Part shown: positions 58,652-64,000 of the stretch, one piece after another | Layout: every line of letters begins with the position of its first letter | How positions within the stretch are numbered: position 1 is the stretch's first letter | NCBI GenBank assembly: GCA_964434935.1 | Contig: CAYSWS010000002.1 | Span: 8,320-72,319, forward strand | DNA length: 64,000 nt | Reading direction: 5' to 3' | Source of the DNA: an uncultured Candidatus Saccharibacteria bacterium | GTDB lineage: Bacteria; Patescibacteriota; WWE3; UBA101185; UBA10185 | Position numbers and translations under genes: made by a program | The notes under the pieces: model-generated | The model's input: only the letters and a program-made list of their open reading frames with translations | Told to the model about the DNA's origin: nothing | Databases searched by the model: none

Positions 58652-59539
58652 TTACCTCACGGTAGCTTTTAGAAACTTGTTAAACTCCTTTTTAATATCT
58701 TTTCTTTGCTGAGCGTATTTCACGGTGGCTTTCAAGTAGTTCAGGGGATCTCCCGTGGTCAGCCACTCACCTTCGATAGGCAGAGCTATAACGGTTCTAC
58801 CTTGATTTGCCAGATTAGAGATGGCGTCAGTAAGCCACAGTTCGTTGCCTTTGCCCTTTTTTGTCTTGCTCAAAGCATCAACTACCTCATAGGAAAGTAC
58901 GAACCTGCCAAACTGAGCCATGCGCGAAGGTGCCTCCTTTATGGTGGGTTTTTCTATGATGTCTTCAACGGCGTATGGTATCTTCGAATACTTTTTATAT
59001 TTGAAAATGCCGTATTTGACCACTTCTTTCCTGGGCACTTCTTGCGCAGCTATAACGGCGGTAGGCTTGTACTTGTAAAAAGTGTTGATAAGCTGTTTGA
59101 CCACAGGCTTTTTGGATAACGTAAGATCATCACCGAACATGTAGACCACGGCCTCGTCATCATCTATAAGACTTTTGGCTGCCAAGAGGGGAGAGCCGTT
59201 GCCGTAGGGAAGGTGTTTTTGCCTCACGTAGATGAAGTTGGCCATATCAGGAATATTCCGTACCATTTCCAGTTGTTTGGTTTTTCCGGATTCTTTTAAG
59301 GAGTTTTCGATCTCATAATGACTGTCAAAATAGTCTTCCATGATGTGGTGGCCGGCCCTGGTGACGAGAATGATGTCTTTTATGCCTGAGTTGACTGCTT
59401 CTTCGACCAAATAATGAATGATGGGTTTATCAATGATGGGTAGCATTTCTTTAGGCTGGTTCTTAGTGGCAGGCAAAAATCTGGTGCCGTAGCCAGCGGC
59501 GGCTATAACGGCTTTGGTGATAGGTCTGTCCTTTTTCAT
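58652..59539 (-). CDS. galU: UTP--glucose-1-phosphate uridylyltransferase
   Basis: KAVIAAAGYGTRFLPATK..PKEMLPI.DKP, ELWLTDAI. Confidence 0.92.
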   Translation of the reverse strand: MKKDRPITKAVIAAAGYGTRFLPATKNQPKEMLPIIDKPIIHYLVEEAVNSGIKDIILVTRAGHHIMEDYFDSHYEIENSLKESGKTKQLEMVRNIPDMANFIYVRQKHLPYGNGSPLLAAKSLIDDDEAVVYMFGDDLTLSKKPVVKQLINTFYKYKPTAVIAAQEVPRKEVVKYGIFKYKKYSKIPYAVEDIIEKPTIKEAPSRMAQFGRFVLSYEVVDALSKTKKGKGNELWLTDAISNLANQGRTVIALPIEGEWLTTGDPLNYLKATVKYAQQRKDIKKEFNKFLKATVR

Positions 59540-59570
59540 AGTAATATCTATTATACCCAATTGTAGTCAC

Positions 59571-59615
59571 AAAAAAAGAAGACGCCACGTCTAGTTTATA
59601 ACTAAAAATGGCGTC
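59571..59615 (-). terminator. Intrinsic terminator after the 59639-60076 ORF
   Basis: GACGCCA/TGGCGTC stem followed on the minus strand by TTCTTTTTTT. Confidence 0.65.
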
Positions 59616-59638
59616 CGGAATGTTTAAAAAACCAGATT

Positions 59639-60076
59639 CTAAGACAAGATGGCTCTTAGCAAGTATAAAACTGCTAGTGCAGCAGCTATAAAACCAATAA
59701 GAAGAAACCTTTTACCGTGCGCACTAGTTTCGTAGCATTTTTCTCTGTTTTCTTCAGCCTGCTGTCTCAACAAAGATCCCTGGTTTTTTAGCTCTAGAGC
59801 TTCTAGTCTTATTGCATCTGCCTCTGCTTTAAGACTTTCAGCCTCATCAATATCTCCTAGAATAGAAAGTTGAGTTGAAGTTAAGTACGCTTGTGATGAT
59901 TGATGCGCTTTTCTTGTTGATGTGGTGAAATAATTTGTCGACTGGTTATCGATGGAAGCTGATTCTAGGAAGCAGCTTGCAGCAATATTGAACTGTGTGA
60001 TTCCAATTAACAACAGCGTATTAGCTACAAGGAATAAGGATGTGTTTGAGAATCCAAATTTTACCCTTTTAGACAT
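59639..60076 (-). CDS. Hypothetical protein, 2 TM flanking a coiled coil
   Basis: GAGGAG SD, own promoter and terminator. Confidence 0.65.
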   Translation of the reverse strand: MSKRVKFGFSNTSLFLVANTLLLIGITQFNIAASCFLESASIDNQSTNYFTTSTRKAHQSSQAYLTSTQLSILGDIDEAESLKAEADAIRLEALELKNQGSLLRQQAEENREKCYETSAHGKRFLLIGFIAAALAVLYLLRAILS

Positions 60077-60115
60077 CTTATCTCCTCTTTTCTATTGTAA
60101 AGGACAGTTTTCATT

Positions 60116-60144
60116 ATTATACCAATAAGGCTATATGTAGTCAA
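60116..60144 (-). promoter_or_regulatory. Sigma70-type promoter
   Basis: TTGACT-N17-TATAAT with TG extension, upstream of the 60076 start. Confidence 0.75.
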
Positions 60145-60167
60145 CCTATAGTACGTTTAAAGTGGAG

Positions 60168-60242
60168 TGGAGCCAGCGGTCGGAGTCGAACCGACGACCC
60201 ATCCCTTACGAAGGGATTGCTCTACCTCTGAGCTACGCTGGC
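60168..60242 (-). tRNA. tRNA-Thr(CGT)
   Basis: GCCAGCG acceptor, ATCCC-TTCGTAA-GGGAT anticodon arm, TCCA end. Confidence 0.95.
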
Positions 60243-60254
60243 AAGCCAAAAAGT

Positions 60255-60329
60255 TGGAGCGGGTGATGGGATTCGAACCCACGATCTTCTCCTTGGGAAG
60301 GAGACGCTTTACCACTAAGCCACACCCGC
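60255..60329 (-). tRNA. tRNA-Gly(CCC)
   Basis: GCGGGTG acceptor, TCTCC-TTCCCAA-GGAGA anticodon arm, TCCA end. Confidence 0.95.
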
Positions 60330-60356
60330 AAAGGTTGGGCTAGCATATTATAAACC

Positions 60357-60387
60357 AAAAACTCCCACTCATTTAGTGGGAGCTTTT
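60357..60387 (-). terminator. Intrinsic terminator after the LysM gene (possibly bidirectional)
   Basis: CTCCCACT/AGTGGGAG stem with A run on the left and T run on the right. Confidence 0.7.
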
Positions 60388-60413
60388 AATATTCAAATTG
60401 TAGTTAAAAAAGT

Positions 60414-60941
60414 TCAAGGCAAGACTAATGTTTGTCCCGGAACGATCAGTGCTTGCGAACCATTTGGCAAATAGCCTATGTCAGAGCTATTAGCCTGAAG
60501 TATCTTTGTCCACTCTGCCCCATTTCCATATTTTGCCTCTGCAATTTCCCATAATGTATCACCTGATTTAACCGTATAAGAACTGCCGGTTATGTCTCCT
60601 TGCTGGTAATCGGTAGCCACCCACTGTGAAAAAACTGAAGTTTTAGTATCTGTCGAAGAATCGTCTATTTGCATGTCTATTGGACCTCCTGTTCCGGCCA
60701 TATCTGTGTCTTCTCCTTTATCTCCGGAAAACAATTCTCTTAGACGATCTCCTAGTGATGTGCTTTCATTCTCATCTGTTGTTTGGGTTGAGCCGCCTTT
60801 TACATCTTTATCCGAAACACTGCTGCGGTTAAAGTAGGAATAAGTTGCGAAAACTAATGCTAAAACAAACAAACCACCAATGATCAATGCCAAACCGTCG
60901 TTGCTGCCTGCGTCTTTTTTTGTTGCTTTTGCTTCTGCCAT
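60414..60941 (-). CDS. Membrane-anchored LysM domain protein
   Basis: TM, polar linker, YTVKSGDTLWEIA..YG....W..I..AN...I.PGQ.L; AGGAGGT SD. Confidence 0.9.
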   Translation of the reverse strand: MAEAKATKKDAGSNDGLALIIGGLFVLALVFATYSYFNRSSVSDKDVKGGSTQTTDENESTSLGDRLRELFSGDKGEDTDMAGTGGPIDMQIDDSSTDTKTSVFSQWVATDYQQGDITGSSYTVKSGDTLWEIAEAKYGNGAEWTKILQANSSDIGYLPNGSQALIVPGQTLVLP

Positions 60942-61067
60942 ATACACCTCCTTTTCTATTTTAACAGGGTGCTAACCCATAAACAAATACTCTATAGAAG
61001 GGCAGAATGAAAGGATTTCAAACGAACATGGGCAGTGTACTAATTTCTATTATACACATAACTATGC

Positions 61068-61144
61068 TGGCGGGATAGACGGGACTCGAACCCGCGACCT
61101 TCCGCGTGACAGGCGGACGCTCTAACCGACTGAGCTACTACCCC
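61068..61144 (-). tRNA. tRNA-Asp(GTC)
   Basis: GGGGTAG acceptor, TCCGC-CTGTCAC-GCGGA anticodon arm, GCCA end. Confidence 0.95.
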
Positions 61145-61246
61145 AAGAAAGACCAGAATATAGTAACAAGATGATATGTTATCTGCAAATGAATGGCAAC
61201 CCGTGTTTGCTAATTATTCGTTAAAACATTTATACTAAACCTACAC

Positions 61247-61603
61247 ATGGAACATCACGAAAAAAGGATCCTGGAAAGAAGGATATTTGGAGGCACCAAC
61301 TTTATTGTTGTGTTATGGACGTTGATATCGATCTTCAGGTTGGTTAGGCACATGACCGTTGATCCGGTGGAAACCTTCAAGCAGCCAGAGTTCTACATCT
61401 TTATTCTACCTTTGATCTTTTTAACCGTGCTTAACATTATTATGGGCATAACATTATTTTTCCCTCAGGAAAGCAATAAAATGTGGATCATCTCCATTTT
61501 GATCGTAAGCGCTACCTTACTGGCTTTAAATACGCTGCAGCTCAAAATAGAGTCTTTGGATAGGGCTCAGATGGAGCAGCAGAACAGAACTCTGGGATTT
61601 TAA
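61247..61603 (+). CDS. Hypothetical 3-TM membrane protein
   Basis: Three hydrophobic segments; directly upstream of polX. Confidence 0.6.
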   Translation: MEHHEKRILERRIFGGTNFIVVLWTLISIFRLVRHMTVDPVETFKQPEFYIFILPLIFLTVLNIIMGITLFFPQESNKMWIISILIVSATLLALNTLQLKIESLDRAQMEQQNRTLGF

Positions 61604-61606
61604 CCT

Positions 61607-63370
61607 GTGACAAAAACTTACAAGATCAGCAACAAAGAAATAGTTTTAACTCTTAAAGAAGTTCTGGCGGCTATGGAAGTGAAGAACTTTAACTATTTCC
61701 GCATCAGGGCTTATCAAAATGTGATCCCTATTATCGAAGGGCTGACCACGAGTTTATACAACCTATGGGAGAACAACAGATTGGATGAGGTTCCGGGTAT
61801 TGGTGCCGGTATAAAGGGGCAACTTAACGAACTTTTTACCACGGGTAAAGTTATGGAGTTTGATGTCATCAGGAGGGATCTGCCGCAGGGTATGTTCGCC
61901 CTTATTGGTCTAAGAGGAATCGGGGCTAAAAAAGCCTATAAATTGGCTACAGCTTTTGATCTCGATGATAGGGAACATGTTTACGAAATAATCAAAACCG
62001 CGGCGGAAGAAGGAAAAATAAGAGAGTTGGATGGTTTTGGCGAAAAATCAGAACAGATGGTCTTAGAGTCTATTTCCGAGATCAAAAAGACCAAGCAGGA
62101 AAAACCCAGGCTGCTTTTGATACAGGCGGAGGAGATAGCTGCCCGTGTCATCTCTTATCTGACCAGGCATCCGGAAATTGAGGAAGCGGTGGCTCTGGGT
62201 TCGTTAAGAAGGAGAAGTCCTACCGTGGGAGATCTGGATATTGCCATAAAGACCAAGAACCCGGAAGCAGCACTCAGCCACTTTGCCAAGTTCAGGGAGA
62301 TCGAAGAAGTCTTGGTGGAAGGGGATAAGCGCGTTTCCGTAGTTTTGGCCAATGATATTCAAGTTGACATAAGGATCTGTGAGGAAAAATATTTTGGTTC
62401 CATGATGCAATATTTCACCGGCTCAAAAGCGCATAATATTGTACTCAGGACCTTTGCTTTGGAAAAGGGATGCTCTCTTTCGGAGTACGGTATAAAGAAG
62501 ATAGGCAAGCTCAATGAATTTTCCCGTGAAGACGATTTCTACAAATTTTTGGGCCTTCCACTCATTCCTCCGGAACTAAGACAAGGCAAGCATGAGGTTG
62601 AGCTGGCGGCCGGGAACAAACTACCGCGCTTGGTAGAGATCTCGCAAGTAAAAGGTGACCTGCATACTCACACTATAGCCTCGGACGGTATAAACACTTT
62701 ACAGGAAATGGTGGAGGCAGCGGTTGTACTGGGATATGAATATATTGGCATCTCCGACCACGCTCCCAGCGTGCAAAGCCGCGGGTATGAGGAAACGCAA
62801 GAGATCATCGAAGATACCAGAAAAAAAATAGATGAGCTGAATGCAGCCCAAGACAGGATAAAAGTCCTTTACGGCTATGAGGTCAACATCCTGGCCGATG
62901 CCGAGATCTCCTTACCCGATGAGCTTTTAAAAAGACTGGACTATGCCATAGGCAGCATCCATGGTGCCTTTAACCAGGATAGGGAAACTATCACAAAAAG
63001 ACTTATTGCCGCGGCAGAGAACCCTTATATCAATATCATCGGGCACCCTAGCGGCCGCCTTATCAATGAAAGAGAACCCTGCGACATCAATTGGAGGAAA
63101 TTATTCGCCGCCGTTAATGCCAACAATAAGATCATAGAAATAAACTCACAGCCCAATAGACTGGATCTGGCTGAGGATCTCATCCCCCAAGCAACAGACC
63201 GCGGCATCAAGCTTATATTGAGCACGGATTCTCATGCCGTGGAGCAGCTGAATTTGCTGAAATACGGCATAGATACCGCCCGCCGGGGCTGGTGTTTGCC
63301 GGAAAATATTGTTAACACCGGCAGTTATGATATGATGCTGAGAGCATTAGAGACAAGCTCTGAGAGATAG
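61607..63370 (+). CDS. polX: DNA polymerase X with PHP domain
   Basis: RIRAY, GIG HhH, GSLRR...GDLD, YFTGS..HN, DLHTHT..SDG, GHP, TDSH. Confidence 0.95.
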   Translation: MTKTYKISNKEIVLTLKEVLAAMEVKNFNYFRIRAYQNVIPIIEGLTTSLYNLWENNRLDEVPGIGAGIKGQLNELFTTGKVMEFDVIRRDLPQGMFALIGLRGIGAKKAYKLATAFDLDDREHVYEIIKTAAEEGKIRELDGFGEKSEQMVLESISEIKKTKQEKPRLLLIQAEEIAARVISYLTRHPEIEEAVALGSLRRRSPTVGDLDIAIKTKNPEAALSHFAKFREIEEVLVEGDKRVSVVLANDIQVDIRICEEKYFGSMMQYFTGSKAHNIVLRTFALEKGCSLSEYGIKKIGKLNEFSREDDFYKFLGLPLIPPELRQGKHEVELAAGNKLPRLVEISQVKGDLHTHTIASDGINTLQEMVEAAVVLGYEYIGISDHAPSVQSRGYEETQEIIEDTRKKIDELNAAQDRIKVLYGYEVNILADAEISLPDELLKRLDYAIGSIHGAFNQDRETITKRLIAAAENPYINIIGHPSGRLINEREPCDINWRKLFAAVNANNKIIEINSQPNRLDLAEDLIPQATDRGIKLILSTDSHAVEQLNLLKYGIDTARRGWCLPENIVNTGSYDMMLRALETSSER

Positions 63371-63442
63371 AGGTTTCGTGGATGCAATTTTAACGGAAAA
63401 TAGGTAGAATCTAAATGTATTTAGTTTAGAAAGGTAGAATTT

Positions 63443-63997
63443 ATGGGATCATTTGCATTTTTAGTAATTATTTTGGTGGTAGCTGCCTTTTTTATCATAG
63501 GTGTCTACAATTCACTGCAAACTCTCAAGGTAAGAATAAAAGAGGCCTGGAGTCAGATAGACGTACAGCTTAAAAGAAGGGTTGACCTGATCCCTAATTT
63601 GGTCGAAACCGTAAAAGGCTATGCCAAGCATGAAAAAGAAGTGTTCGAAAATGTCACCAAGGCCAGATCAGCCCTCATGAATGCCAAGACAGCCAAAGAA
63701 GCCGGTGAAGCTGACAACATGCTCACAGGTGCCTTGAAAAGTCTATTTGCCGTAGCTGAAGCATACCCTGAATTAAAAGCTCAGGAAGGGTTTTTAAATT
63801 TGCAAAAAGAGTTGTCCGATACTGAAGACAAGGTGGCTTACTCCAGACAATTTTATAATAGCGTGGTTAGAGATTTTAACCAAAAACTGGTGGTTTTCCC
63901 TTCTAATTTGATCGCCGGAATATTTGGTTTTAAGGCTGAAGAATTCTTCGCCGCCCAAGAGGGTGAAAGAGAAGCTGTAAAAGTAGACTTTAAATAA
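63443..63997 (+). CDS. lemA: LemA family protein
   Basis: [36 protein letters not shown]. Confidence 0.95.
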   Translation: MGSFAFLVIILVVAAFFIIGVYNSLQTLKVRIKEAWSQIDVQLKRRVDLIPNLVETVKGYAKHEKEVFENVTKARSALMNAKTAKEAGEADNMLTGALKSLFAVAEAYPELKAQEGFLNLQKELSDTEDKVAYSRQFYNSVVRDFNQKLVVFPSNLIAGIFGFKAEEFFAAQEGEREAVKVDFK

Positions 63998-64000
63998 AAG

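Noticed and set aside
60168-61144. Integrated mobile element at the tRNA cluster
   Set aside because: No integrase or long att duplication; only a 5-nt repeat

Overview
Bacterial chromosomal window made almost entirely of housekeeping genes. Gene content and style point by inference to Patescibacteria/CPR (Microgenomates/WWE3-like): compact genes, mostly no Shine-Dalgarno, alpha2-type GlyRS, type-2 IleRS, DUF4012 and a YvlD-type holin next to secG. In order it holds a surface-glycan block (3 GT4s, a priming sugar transferase, DUF4012), recO-glyQS, mraZ-rsmH-ftsL-ftsI, a two-component pair with PGM/ppsA/eno/gpm, lexA-uvrB-PBP1-uvrA-uvrC, and murA*-ftsW-murG-ftsQ-ftsA-ftsZ. Then come two tandem class II ribonucleotide reductases, a 19-bp tandem repeat and pduO, followed by ileS-rodA, rplU-rpmA, glycoside hydrolases/flippase/O-antigen ligase/galU, four tRNAs, polX and lemA. 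No CRISPR, IS element or prophage was seen. Most notable: (1) the tandem NrdJ pair with different phosphate-binding and specificity loops; (2) an eroded dcw cluster (MurA lacking the Cys115/Arg120 equivalents, FtsW lacking the conserved Glu, no Mur ligases or mraY in the window); (3) a PilM/PilN-like-TM-LytR_C fusion after rodA; (4) an 11-bp-period direct-repeat candidate LexA operator at lexA, uvrB and uvrA; (5) pervasive -10-N5-7-start leaderless gene architecture. All family assignments are by eye from motifs; no searches were run.
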